Shown: positions 9,727-19,383, numbered from the stretch's first letter. The stretch: DNA of 32,000 nucleotides from Bacillus subtilis subsp. subtilis str. 168 (GCF_000009045.1 NC_000964.3:2010001-2042000), one strand, 5' to 3'. Numbers and translations: made by a program. The notes: a model not told the origin generated them from the letters alone.

Positions 9727-9796
9727 GGATGAATGAGATCCCGTTGTTACGATCAGAATGGACAAATGGGATCTCATTTTTCGAGGAGGCTTACAC

Positions 9797-10567
9797 ATGA
9801 TTATAAACCGCAGCTGCTTAAAAGAGTTCGCAGAAAAAGTACATTTTCTTCCCTCTTCACTTACAAAGTCCGATTTACTTACTGATCCATTTCGTCTCCA
9901 TCAAGAAAACGAACTTGGCATCTACTATTCACCTCATAATGAATTTATCAATCGGGATGCCTCGCTTGTGATTGCCGGGATCACGCCTGGTTTTTCCCAG
10001 ATGAAGACAGCGTACGAAACAGCCGCCGAAAGCCTGCTGCAAGGCGGGACTCTTGAGCAAATGGCAGTAGACACAAAAATAGCAGCGGGTTTCTCCGGAT
10101 CGATGAGACATAACCTTATTACCATGCTGGATTTATGCGGGCTGCCGCAAGCTTTTGGCATTCAAAGCGCCGCAAAGCTTTTTGGAGAATTACGGCATAT
10201 GCTCCATACAACTTCCGTTATTAAATATCCTGTCTTTATCCAGCAAAAAAACTATACCGGATACAAACCGGCTATCACTCATTCTCCTATCCTAAGCACT
10301 TATGCTTTTGGGCACTTCCCTGCAGAGCTTAACCATGTGACGGGACCAGCTCTTCTCATTCCGTTAGGAAAAGCGGCCGAAACAGTGTGTGAAACATTGA
10401 TCAGACAGCACAGCCTCCAGAATTTGATTTGCCTTAACGGCTTTCCCCATCCATCAGGCGCGAACGGCCATCGTTTGAAACAATTCAGCAAAAACAAAGA
10501 GCAACTAGAAAGACAAATTCGTTCCTTTGCTGCATTGGTTGATTTCGCTATAGAAAAGAGGAAATAA
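9797..10567 (+). CDS. yoxB: Conserved protein of unknown function (uracil-DNA glycosylase-like fold suspected)
   Basis: ORF continues from 9758, but GAGGAGG precedes the ATG at 9797 (256 aa). Immediately after yoxC on the same strand. Confidence 0.8.
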   Translation: MIINRSCLKEFAEKVHFLPSSLTKSDLLTDPFRLHQENELGIYYSPHNEFINRDASLVIAGITPGFSQMKTAYETAAESLLQGGTLEQMAVDTKIAAGFSGSMRHNLITMLDLCGLPQAFGIQSAAKLFGELRHMLHTTSVIKYPVFIQQKNYTGYKPAITHSPILSTYAFGHFPAELNHVTGPALLIPLGKAAETVCETLIRQHSLQNLICLNGFPHPSGANGHRLKQFSKNKEQLERQIRSFAALVDFAIEKRK

Positions 10568-10610
10568 AAGGGATATGATAAACAAAAACACAAACGTGGG
10601 GAGTGGTTGA

Positions 10611-11144
10611 ATGTTTCCTATATTAGAAACGGATCGGCTTATACTTAGGCAAATCACAGATCAGGATGCGGAAGCCATTTTTGCTTGTTTCTCAAACGAT
10701 GAGGTGACACGCTATTATGGGCTTGAAAACATGGAATCTATAGAACAGGCCATTTCAATGATTCAAACGTTTGCTGCCCTCTATCAAGAAAAACGCGGTA
10801 TACGGTGGGGAATTGAAAGACGGGACACTAAAGAACTGATCGGAACAATTGGCTTTCACGCTCTGGCCCAAAAGCATAGGCGCGCGGAAATCGGTTATGA
10901 AATCATCCCGGAGCATTGGCGAAACGGATTTGCATCAGAAGTCATTTCAAAGGTCGTATCTTACGGATTTTCTGCCCTTGGACTGTCGCGTATTGGCGCA
11001 GTTGTATTTACCGATAATGAAGCATCAAATCGTCTGCTTCTAAAAATGGGGTTTCAAAAAGAAGGCGTTTTAAGACAGTACATGTATCAAAATGGGACTC
11101 CATATGATACAAATGTGTACTCTATTGTGAAACCAAGAGAATGA
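10611..11144 (+). CDS. yoaA: GNAT-family N-acetyltransferase (RimJ/RimL-like)
   Basis: 177 aa, METDRLILRQITDQDAEAIF, AEIGYEIIPEHWRNGFASEV acetyl-CoA motif, NEASNRLLLKMGF. Confidence 0.92.
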   Translation: MFPILETDRLILRQITDQDAEAIFACFSNDEVTRYYGLENMESIEQAISMIQTFAALYQEKRGIRWGIERRDTKELIGTIGFHALAQKHRRAEIGYEIIPEHWRNGFASEVISKVVSYGFSALGLSRIGAVVFTDNEASNRLLLKMGFQKEGVLRQYMYQNGTPYDTNVYSIVKPRE

Positions 11145-11191
11145 CGGTATTCTCTTGGTCTGTGCCACATCCCTTTTCCTTTAAAAAGATA

Positions 11192-11222
11192 AAAAGCGCC
11201 CCTCAAACAGGGCGCTTTCTAA
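11192..11222. terminator. Bidirectional intrinsic terminator between convergent yoaA and yoaB
   Basis: AAAAAGCGCCCCTCAAACAGGGCGCTTTCT hairpin. Confidence 0.85.
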
Positions 11223-12467
11223 TTAAGATGCATATTGAGGAGATGTTTCCTCCTTAACTGCTTTTTCCTCAGGTATATGAATACATTTTGTCAAGACCGC
11301 ACTTGCAAGGTAAAGGGCCGCAAAGATCCAGACGACACCTTGCGCGCCGACGAGACCGATGAACAGCCAAGCGAGTGCAGGGCCGACAAACGCTGATAAA
11401 CCTGCAGCTAAATTCAATACAGACATGGCTGCCCCTTTATCTTTTCCTGCCACCGTCGGCACAATTGCACCAATCGGCACATAGCCTGCCAGCAAACCGC
11501 CCCAAATAAAGCCGATCACGCTGACAACCGCTAAACTTCCGCCGGAGAAAACAGGTGCGTAGTATAATAAGACGGTGAAAATGCCGCAGCCGACTCCGCC
11601 GAACCAAATAACAGTATTTTTCCAGCCGAATTTATCGCCGACAATACCGAAGATAAGGTTAAACACAATGTTCCCCAGGAAAATCGTTCCCCAAATTTGC
11701 AGCCACACATTGGTTGAAATTCCATGCTGGGCCATGTGCATCGGCAAAAAGACTGGAAAACCATATGTACCAATGCTGTTGATGATTCTGATGATTCCGC
11801 CTGTAAGCACGCGCGGATTTGTAAATAGAATCGTAACCCCTTTTAAAAGCTCCTCGGCTGTTTCTGATCTTTTTCTTTTCTTCTTTTCAAAACGGTCTTT
11901 ATTGATAAACAATGCAAAGAATGCACCGAGACATACCCAGAAAATAGAGCTCCAAAGCGTATTCAAATAACCGAACGCTTTGATCGCGTAGCTTGAGTAC
12001 CAAGCGCCGAACACAAACATGCCGAGGCAATATGCAATCCAAAACCAGCCGACAGCAGTGCTCAGTTTGCTTTGCGGTGTTCTGTAAATGACCCATGTCA
12101 AGAAAGAATAAGCAAAAAGCGGGTAACCTAACCCTTTTACGAAGTAAGTCACATACATCACTGGCAGGTTCAGCTGTTCAAATCCAAATACGATAAAAGC
12201 AGCTGTACCGATCACATAAAACAACAGCCCCATAAACATCGTTCGTTTTGCGCCAAATGCTTCGAGACATACACCCGAAAACCAGGAAGCTATGGCAAGC
12301 GCAATTCCGTATATACTAAAAATGGAAGCGGACTGCTGAACGGTGAGCCCGTTTTCGATCAAAAAAGGACTGAGCCAGCCTTGTTCAAGGCCATCTCCCA
12401 TCATAAACAAAACAACCCCTAAAAATCCCCAGGCAAGCCGCTTCGGTATTCCTATTTTATCCAACAT
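11223..12467 (-). CDS. yoaB: Major facilitator superfamily transporter
   Basis: 414 aa, about 12 TM segments, MFS architecture; preceded by GGAGGAG. Confidence 0.9.
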   Translation of the reverse strand: MLDKIGIPKRLAWGFLGVVLFMMGDGLEQGWLSPFLIENGLTVQQSASIFSIYGIALAIASWFSGVCLEAFGAKRTMFMGLLFYVIGTAAFIVFGFEQLNLPVMYVTYFVKGLGYPLFAYSFLTWVIYRTPQSKLSTAVGWFWIAYCLGMFVFGAWYSSYAIKAFGYLNTLWSSIFWVCLGAFFALFINKDRFEKKKRKRSETAEELLKGVTILFTNPRVLTGGIIRIINSIGTYGFPVFLPMHMAQHGISTNVWLQIWGTIFLGNIVFNLIFGIVGDKFGWKNTVIWFGGVGCGIFTVLLYYAPVFSGGSLAVVSVIGFIWGGLLAGYVPIGAIVPTVAGKDKGAAMSVLNLAAGLSAFVGPALAWLFIGLVGAQGVVWIFAALYLASAVLTKCIHIPEEKAVKEETSPQYAS

Positions 12468-12560
12468 ATCTGTCTCCTCCTTAGATGCTATTATTCATTA
12501 CCGTATTACCTTATTAAAGTTGAAAATTAAATGATTCCTCAAAACAGCAGAAATTCCGTC

Positions 12561-14024
12561 TTAAATTAATACTTTGCTTTCTGATCCTGAAAAAAAGCGC
12601 TGTGTTTGCTTCCATTCCTCATATAAAGCCAATTCTATCTGACAGTCCTTCGGTTCGATCACCCGGACATTTGCTGACATCTCCTCCGTTAATTGAAAGG
12701 TTTCATTGCAAATGACTGCAGCACCGACGACAGATGCCTGATGATATCCCTCTTGGACATAGACCTTTTTTTGAAGAAGATCCGCGATATATTGAGTGAG
12801 CGCTTTGCTTTGGAATCCCCCTCCGCACACCCAAACATAATCACGTTCAAACGGAGTAACCTCTGTTAAAATGTCAAAGTTCCATTTGATTGAAAATGCG
12901 ATCTCTTCTAGCGCTGCACGTACAAAATGTGCCCTCTTTAAATGTGCTGACAGCGGGGCATCAAAAAGAAAACCGCCTCTCGTTAACGCATTCTTTTCAG
13001 CCGATAAATAAGAGCCGAGAGCCGCTACACATGCATGGTCTTCTTTTGCAAGTGCAGAAATCTCCTCCTCCATTACTTCGTACGTTTCATTCGGATAAAA
13101 AATCTGTTTTAATTTTTGATAATTCAAGCCGGTAATTCCCGGATTCGTTTCCACAAGCCAATGCCCTTGATCCGTATGACAGTTCAACCAGGCTTTATGT
13201 TTTGTGTCGCCATGATCCTCAGTAATTTTGGTTATTGGCGTTGTTGTCCCTGATACAATGACAATGTCCTCAAGTCCAGCTCCGGTGCTTTTGACAGCCA
13301 GCTGTGTATCCCCGCCCCCTGCTATAACCTTAGCATTTATTGAAAGGCCTAATTCGGATGCATATTCATTTGCTATCGTTCCAATTGCTGTTCCCGCTCT
13401 TACAAGAGGCGGAAGGATAGATGGAGAAAAGCCGAAAATGTCGCACATCTCTTCTGACCAAGTGTTTTGCTTCACATCAAATAGCAGGGTTTCTGTTGCC
13501 TGTGATGGTTCATATGTTAATATTCCGCTCAGTTGGTACGTCACCCAATCACTGATGCTTGTAAAGCTTGCAGTCTTTTCCCATAAAGAGGGCTGGCGCT
13601 GTTTTAATCCATAAAGCTTGAGCGCAGAAAAAAGTGCAGTTGGCAGGCGGCCTGTGCTGCTGTATATCTCTTCCCAATCGGGAATGCCCGCCTCCCACTC
13701 TCGGCCGCGATTATCGATGTTCGGCAGCCCGAGAAAAGGATTGCCGTTTTGATCAATCAAAACAATCCCCTGTCTTTGGCTCGTCGATGTCAAACCAATG
13801 ATGTCAATATCACACGAACGGGATAGCGCACGTTTTGCCAAATTCATCACCTGCTTCCACAGCACCTGAGGAGAAAAATAACGGCTGTCCGGGTAAAGCG
13901 TCTCTGTGGAATACTCGATGTCCTCCCGTTCAACTGTTAGAACACTGCCAGTTACACTCACGACCGCTACCCTCGCATTGCCTGTGCCAATATCAAAAAC
14001 GAGATAGCCTTTTTGTTTTTTCAT
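12561..14024 (-). CDS. yoaC: FGGY-family carbohydrate kinase
   Basis: 487 aa, GYLVFDIGTGNARVAVVS phosphate-1 motif, GGGDTQLAVKSTGAG, and CGGGFQSKALTQYIADLL C-terminal FGGY motif. Confidence 0.92.
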   Translation of the reverse strand: MKKQKGYLVFDIGTGNARVAVVSVTGSVLTVEREDIEYSTETLYPDSRYFSPQVLWKQVMNLAKRALSRSCDIDIIGLTSTSQRQGIVLIDQNGNPFLGLPNIDNRGREWEAGIPDWEEIYSSTGRLPTALFSALKLYGLKQRQPSLWEKTASFTSISDWVTYQLSGILTYEPSQATETLLFDVKQNTWSEEMCDIFGFSPSILPPLVRAGTAIGTIANEYASELGLSINAKVIAGGGDTQLAVKSTGAGLEDIVIVSGTTTPITKITEDHGDTKHKAWLNCHTDQGHWLVETNPGITGLNYQKLKQIFYPNETYEVMEEEISALAKEDHACVAALGSYLSAEKNALTRGGFLFDAPLSAHLKRAHFVRAALEEIAFSIKWNFDILTEVTPFERDYVWVCGGGFQSKALTQYIADLLQKKVYVQEGYHQASVVGAAVICNETFQLTEEMSANVRVIEPKDCQIELALYEEWKQTQRFFSGSESKVLI

Positions 14025-14041
14025 TCTGTTAGCCTCCTTTC

Positions 14042-15076
14042 TTATCCCCCTGTTTTCAGTGCGTCCTTGTTATACATTGTCTGAATATTAAGAGTTTTTT
14101 CACCCTTCCACTTTTTGAGGGCTTTATTCAGTATCGTCACGTGATGATCCTCCACTTCAAATGTTGCTCCAGCGAGATGCGGTGTTGCCAGAACATTAGG
14201 CAATGAAATCAATTCATAATCTGATTCCTCTGGAGGTTCATGATAAAAAACGTCTAGTATCGCACCGCTGATTTTATGTTCTTTTAATACAAATAAAAGA
14301 TCTTCACGGTTTACAACAACTGCTCTTGAAGTATTAACGAAAATCGCACTCTCTTTCATCAGATCAAAATATTGCCGATCTATCAGTCCGAGTGTTTCCT
14401 CAGTGCGAGGCAGATGGACAGAAACGATATCGCTGTCTGAAAACACCGTTTTAAGAGATGCTTTTTCATACAACGGATGATCGTCTTGAATGTATGGATC
14501 GTAATATTTTATCTTACAGTCAAACGCAGTCAGCAGTTTTGCAATCCTTTGCCCGACTGCGCCGAACCCAATCATGCCAACCGTTTTTCCTGTTAGCTCA
14601 TTTCCTTTAAATTTGACATAAGCCTGCAGGTAATCACTGTCCCACTCTCCATCCTTCAGCCACTGATTCGAGGCGCTGGTATGGCGCAGAAAGGAAATCA
14701 CATTTCCAATAAACATTTCGGCAACGGCTTGTGCATTCCGCCCTGGTGTATAAAAAACAGGTATGCCCCTTTTTGAGGCAGCTGCCACATCCACATTTGA
14801 GGGCATTCCCCTGCAAACACCGACAAATGAAAGTTCGGGAACAGAAGCAAATACGCTGTCTGTTACCTGATCAAGTTCAGTAATCAAGCCTGTCGCATTT
14901 GTTGCTTTTAGCAGCTGAATGAGTTCATCCTCCCGATATGCCCTACCTTGTTCCTTCCAAGATTGATAAGCAACTGAGCCAAACAAGTTTTCAAGCTCTT
15001 TTCGTCCTTCTTCGTTGTACGGTGCTGTAACCAAAACCGTCATGCTGCAAAACATCCTTTTCATCGTATTTTTCAT
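14042..15076 (-). CDS. yoaD: D-isomer-specific 2-hydroxyacid dehydrogenase (phosphoglycerate dehydrogenase-like)
   Basis: 344 aa ORF, GKTVGMIGFGAVGQRIA NAD motif, catalytic Arg/Glu/His regions (VNTSRAVVVNREDL, HLAG). The true start is probably downstream, at 15043 (see findings). Confidence 0.92.
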   Translation of the reverse strand: MKNTMKRMFCSMTVLVTAPYNEEGRKELENLFGSVAYQSWKEQGRAYREDELIQLLKATNATGLITELDQVTDSVFASVPELSFVGVCRGMPSNVDVAAASKRGIPVFYTPGRNAQAVAEMFIGNVISFLRHTSASNQWLKDGEWDSDYLQAYVKFKGNELTGKTVGMIGFGAVGQRIAKLLTAFDCKIKYYDPYIQDDHPLYEKASLKTVFSDSDIVSVHLPRTEETLGLIDRQYFDLMKESAIFVNTSRAVVVNREDLLFVLKEHKISGAILDVFYHEPPEESDYELISLPNVLATPHLAGATFEVEDHHVTILNKALKKWKGEKTLNIQTMYNKDALKTGG

Positions 15077-15253
15077 AAAAAAAATCTCTTTCCGAAGATG
15101 GAAAGAGATTCATATATAGGCGCGCTCTGTTACAGGCAGACGCCGGTATAAACCTTGCTTTCCTATCTTTCAAGCTAGCGCTTGCTGGAATTGGCACAAT
15201 AATGTTGCCGAGGTTTCATAGGGCCAGTCCCTCCACCTCTCTGGATAGAAAAT
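15077..15253 (-). ncRNA. SAM-I (S-box) riboswitch with intrinsic terminator, leader of yoaD-yoaC-yoaB
   Basis: Reverse strand: TTTTCTATCCAGAGAGGTGGAGGGACTGGCCCTATGAAACCTCGGCAACAT...GAAAGATAGGAAAGCAAGG, then terminator AATCTCTTTCCATCTTCGGAAAGAGATTTTTTTT. Conserved S-box blocks GAGGTGGAGGGAC, GGCCC.ATGAAACC.CGGCAAC present; P1 arms (TTTTCTATC / GATAGGAAA) pair. Confidence 0.96.
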
Positions 15254-15399
15254 ATTGAGTATGTAATTTTCAGAATGAAGAATACGTTTATCATAAAGAA
15301 GACTCAGATTGATGTCAATCTCTTTTTTTCAGAATTGACGTTATCATCGGAAATGTTATAATTCTTACAAAATATCTAACTAGAGAGAGGAACTGGGCC

Positions 15400-17442
15400 A
15401 TGAGATCTTTTGCCACACAACAAAACGGCATTTTCAAATCCGTTTGCTCGCTGGACTGCCCGGATCAGTGCGGATTGTTAATACATAAAAAAGACGGGAA
15501 AATCGTAAAAGTGCAAGGAGACCCTGATCATCCTGTCACAGCTGGAAACATATGCAACAAAGTCCGGAATATGACGGAGCGCATCTATGATGAAAAGCGG
15601 CTGACTACACCGCTCAAACGAACAGGTGCGAAAGGCCAAGCGATATTTGAACCGATTTCCTGGAAAGAGGCAATCGATACGATCACCTCCCGCTGGAAAC
15701 AGCTGATTGATGAAGAGGGAGCTGAAAGCATACTTCCTTACAGCTTTTACGGAAATATGGGGAAATTGACAGCTGAAGGAATGGACCGCCGCTTTTTTTA
15801 CCGCATGGGGTCAAGCCAGCTTGAACGGACGATTTGCAGCAAAGCGGGATCTGAAGGCTATAAATATACAATGGGCATAAGCGCGGGAATCGATCCTGAG
15901 GAAACCGTTCATACAAAACTATTTATTTTTTGGGGAATCAACGCGGTCAGCACAAATATGCACCAAATTACGATCGCCCAAAAAGCGCGAAAAAAAGGTG
16001 CCAAAATTGTCGTGATCGATGTGCATAAAAATCAAACAGGACGTCTTGCAGATTGGTTTATCCCAATAAAACCGGGAACCGACAGTGCACTTGCTCTTGG
16101 CATCATGCACATTTTATTTAAAGAAAACCTTCATGATGAAGCATTTCTGTCCGAGTACACGGTTGGCTATGAAGAGCTCCGTGAACACGTGAAACAATAT
16201 GATCCTGAAAAGGTATCGACGATCACCGGTGTCAGTACCGAAGATATTTACCGACTGGCAAAAATGTACGGGGAAACCTCCCCTTCTTTTATCAGAATCG
16301 GAAACGGACCCCAGCATCACGATAACGGGGGGATGATTGTAAGGACGATTGCCTGTCTTCCGGCGATCACCGGCCAATGGCTGCACACAGGGGGCGGCGC
16401 AATTAAGCATAACAGCGGAATTTTAGAATATAACACAAATGCCTTGCAGCGGCCCGACTTATTGAAAGGGCGCACCCCGAGGTCGTTTAATATGAATCAG
16501 CTTGGCAGGGTGCTTTTGGAAACAGACCCGCCGATTCGCTCTCTATTTATTTACGGAACGAACCCTGCCGTCGTCGCGCCCGAAGCAAACAAAGTCAGAC
16601 AGGGCTTGCTGCGGGAAGACTTGTTTACTGTGGTTCATGATTTGTTTTTAACGGAAACGGCTGCATATGCGGACATTGTACTGCCTGCAACATCCGCTTT
16701 TGAAAATACTGATTTTTACACCTCCTACTGGCACCATTACATTCAGCTTCAGCAGCCGGTGATTGAGAGATATGGGGAAAGCAAGTCTAACACTGAGGTT
16801 TTCCGATTACTGGCTGAAGCCATGGGATTCACAGACCAGGAGCTTAAAGATTCAGATGAAGTATTAATCCGCCAGGCGCTTGACCATCCAGATAATCCGC
16901 ATTTGGCAGAGATTGATTACGATTCACTTACTAAGCATTCATTTATGAAAGCGAAACGTGAAAAGCCGCTGTTTCCGGGCGAACTTCCAACGCCAAGCGG
17001 AAAAATAGAATTATATTCAGAAAAAATGAAACAAGACGGCTTCCCTGCTTTACCGACATATACACCTCTTGTAACCGATAATGAACATCCGTTTATGTAT
17101 GTTCCGGGGCCAAACCATAATTTCTTAAACTCAACATTTTCCAATAATGAAAAACACATCAAGCTTGAAAAGACGCCAAAGCTCTTTATCAACACAAAAG
17201 ATGCTGAAAAACACGGAATCGTTGATGGGGCACCTGTACGAATTTGGAACAGCCGGGGAGAATGCGAGCTGACCGCTGCAGTTGGAGAACAAGTGCTGCC
17301 AGGTGTCGTTGTCAGCCAAGGATTATGGGCGGATGAACAAGGAAAAAAACAGCTTGTAAACGCGCTAACCCCAGATCGCTTGTCCGATATGGGCGGCGGC
17401 GCCACCTTTTTTTCAGGCCGTGTACAGATTGAAAAGGTTTGA
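15400..17442 (+). CDS. yoaE: Molybdopterin oxidoreductase, formate dehydrogenase/DMSO reductase-like catalytic subunit
   Basis: 680 aa. N-terminal iron-sulfur motif CSLDCPDQCGLL...GNICNK, molybdopterin-binding domains, C-terminal molydopterin dinucleotide-binding domain. Confidence 0.93.
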   Translation: MRSFATQQNGIFKSVCSLDCPDQCGLLIHKKDGKIVKVQGDPDHPVTAGNICNKVRNMTERIYDEKRLTTPLKRTGAKGQAIFEPISWKEAIDTITSRWKQLIDEEGAESILPYSFYGNMGKLTAEGMDRRFFYRMGSSQLERTICSKAGSEGYKYTMGISAGIDPEETVHTKLFIFWGINAVSTNMHQITIAQKARKKGAKIVVIDVHKNQTGRLADWFIPIKPGTDSALALGIMHILFKENLHDEAFLSEYTVGYEELREHVKQYDPEKVSTITGVSTEDIYRLAKMYGETSPSFIRIGNGPQHHDNGGMIVRTIACLPAITGQWLHTGGGAIKHNSGILEYNTNALQRPDLLKGRTPRSFNMNQLGRVLLETDPPIRSLFIYGTNPAVVAPEANKVRQGLLREDLFTVVHDLFLTETAAYADIVLPATSAFENTDFYTSYWHHYIQLQQPVIERYGESKSNTEVFRLLAEAMGFTDQELKDSDEVLIRQALDHPDNPHLAEIDYDSLTKHSFMKAKREKPLFPGELPTPSGKIELYSEKMKQDGFPALPTYTPLVTDNEHPFMYVPGPNHNFLNSTFSNNEKHIKLEKTPKLFINTKDAEKHGIVDGAPVRIWNSRGECELTAAVGEQVLPGVVVSQGLWADEQGKKQLVNALTPDRLSDMGGGATFFSGRVQIEKV

Positions 17443-17508
17443 AAAATAATGAAACCCGGAGTATGCCAAGCCCGTATAACATAACATCGACATAATGGAG
17501 GCATACAC

Positions 17509-17802
17509 ATGGACGTTTTTTTAGGAATTGGTATTGCTTTGGCTGGATATTTTATCGGTGAAGGCTTAAAGCAGAGGAACCAAACCAAAGGTAATGAACA
17601 AAATGATATCTTCCTAATAAAAGAACGGGATATTTACTTTTACATTGGACTTTTTTTAGGAATAACAACGACTGAAGCAAAACAGTTAGCTGGAGACATG
17701 GCAGACCTGCCTTACATCGAAATAAACGGAAAAAAATATGTCCAGAAACATATGTTAAAAGATTGGACATTCACATTAGTTGAAAAACATCAGGGTGAAT
17801 AA
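17509..17802 (+). CDS. yoaF: Small protein of unknown function with N-terminal TM segment
   Basis: 97 aa, MDVFLGIGIALAGYFIGEGL; preceded by ATGGAGGC. Confidence 0.82.
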   Translation: MDVFLGIGIALAGYFIGEGLKQRNQTKGNEQNDIFLIKERDIYFYIGLFLGITTTEAKQLAGDMADLPYIEINGKKYVQKHMLKDWTFTLVEKHQGE

Positions 17803-17811
17803 AACAAATCT

Positions 17812-17844
17812 GAGGAGAGCGAGATTCATTGTCACGCTCTCCTC
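17812..17844 (+). terminator. Intrinsic terminator downstream of yoaF
   Basis: GAGGAGAGCG agattcattgtca CGCTCTCCTC: 10 bp perfect stem. Confidence 0.65.
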
Positions 17845-18174
17845 TGTTTAGCTGTATGGATCCTGCCACCAAAACTTTGTGCTATAAGCGCTGATAAAAC
17901 GATAAACCACCATCTATGTTCTTTCCTCAAACAACTCAAGATGCCCGTTCCACAACAATAGTTTTTATATTCCTTTGATGACGTGATGTTCTTGATGAAC
18001 GTATGTATCGTAAAACACTTAGAAAACCTATTCGGTTTGAATGTGTGCTCTCATTATGCCCCCATACTGCGCCTTTATCCGCGGAGGATTTTTTTAAAAA
18101 AATATGAAACCTAAAGCTTTTAGATCCTGAATTTTTATTGAACCTCCATATTTCTCCGATTGGTAAAAATTAGC

Positions 18175-18579
18175 CTATACACCGGAAGCTGTACGTTTAT
18201 AAAGGATCAGAGAATCCCATAACCAGTAAATCACTGCAGCCGCAATACTTAACATATAATAAAAGTACGATTGCAATGTCCATGCTATTGACGCAGGTTC
18301 ATTGATAACAAAAAACAGGAAAGCTGCGATAAAAGCAACCACACTGTAAATCAATAGGTACATGACATTGAAAGTTCTCGCTTTTTTCTGCAACTTCATT
18401 TGGAGCGGAACAGCAAAAAGGCCATACACCACAAAACCGTATAATAAAGCAATTGCTGCCGTAAACAATGCAATTATCATATCGCCATACATAACGAAAG
18501 AATAAAACCCTAATAACAAACCAAATGTAAGGCTGGATAGCCCTAATGTCATTAAATAATATGATGCGATTTTTTTCAT
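18175..18579 (-). CDS. yoaG: Small multi-pass membrane protein of unknown function
   Basis: 134 aa from ATG at 18579, preceded by AGGGGGGTG (ORF track opens at 18609); about four hydrophobic helices. Confidence 0.82.
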   Translation of the reverse strand: MKKIASYYLMTLGLSSLTFGLLLGFYSFVMYGDMIIALFTAAIALLYGFVVYGLFAVPLQMKLQKKARTFNVMYLLIYSVVAFIAAFLFFVINEPASIAWTLQSYFYYMLSIAAAVIYWLWDSLILYKRTASGV

Positions 18580-18853
18580 TTTTTCACCCCCCTTGTTTGA
18601 TTTATTCACAGTGCTGTTAGTATAAATTCACAACCTTTGTATTTCTTTTATCGAGATGTCTTCCCTAACGTGCTATACGCAATGCGCTAATAAAAGGTTT
18701 CAAAAATGACGTTCTTTTATTAGATAATACGCTGGCTGAAAACGCCTCTCCTGATTGGCCAAAGCGCGAATGAAAAAAGTGCATGAATACCTGCCCAACA
18801 GACAGAATAAGAAGAGTTGATATTTCAACACTTTTCGTAAAGGGGTGAAACCA

Positions 18854-18976
18854 ATGAGTAAGAAAGGTATTCAAAATTCAAGTATTGAACAAATAAGAAA
18901 TGACCATGAGACTGAAACAGCTTTTAAAGCAGATGATCCTAAAAAACACGGTTCCGATCCTAAAAGAACGAAATAA
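18854..18976 (+). CDS. Small charged protein, 40 aa (not in supplied ORF track)
   Basis: RBS AAAGGGGTGAAACCA then MSKKGIQNSSIEQIRNDHETETAFKADDPKKHGSDPKRTK-stop; 43 bp upstream of yozQ on the same strand. Confidence 0.65.
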   Translation: MSKKGIQNSSIEQIRNDHETETAFKADDPKKHGSDPKRTK

Positions 18977-19019
18977 GTTCTTACCCCCACTAAAATATCA
19001 ATAATCTGGAGGAAGTAAA

Positions 19020-19313
19020 GTGACTCAAAAAAACGGTGCAGACAGACCTGATGATTATAAAAGATTTTCTTCATTAGACAAGGAATATGATTTTCAGCAA
19101 TCTATACGCAGCAATACTGAGACAGAAAGTGTAAACACTGAAACACAAACTCATAACAAAGAAAACAAAAATGACACAACAGATGTTGCCGGGAAATACT
19201 TTGAGCCCTCAGATTATAAAGGAAGCACGCAATTAGAAAAAGGATTGGCTGAAACTCATGAACAGGTCAGCGATGACTATTTTGAAGGGACAATCGATCA
19301 AAATTTGGACTAG
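19020..19313 (+). CDS. yozQ: Small acidic protein, YozQ/DUF4025-like
   Basis: 97 aa from GTG after CTGGAGGAAGTAAA; hydrophilic, Asp/Glu/Thr-rich. Confidence 0.78.
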   Translation: MTQKNGADRPDDYKRFSSLDKEYDFQQSIRSNTETESVNTETQTHNKENKNDTTDVAGKYFEPSDYKGSTQLEKGLAETHEQVSDDYFEGTIDQNLD

Positions 19314-19383
19314 CCATACAAACGGAACTAACTTAAAAGAAGTCAGTTAACTCTGTTTTTAGAAACAACCACAGTAAAAGTAG

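Noticed and set aside
15683-17770. Minus-strand ORFs inside yoaE/yoaF, including a 223-codon ORF (16917-17588)
   Set aside because: Fully overlapped by the clearly coding molybdoenzyme; Pro/Ser/Cys-rich shadow translation and no RBS.
17845-18174. AT-rich non-coding gap between yoaF and yoaG as a candidate mobile-element scar or ncRNA
   Set aside because: No terminal repeats, target duplication, transposase remnant or stable structured element visible by eye.
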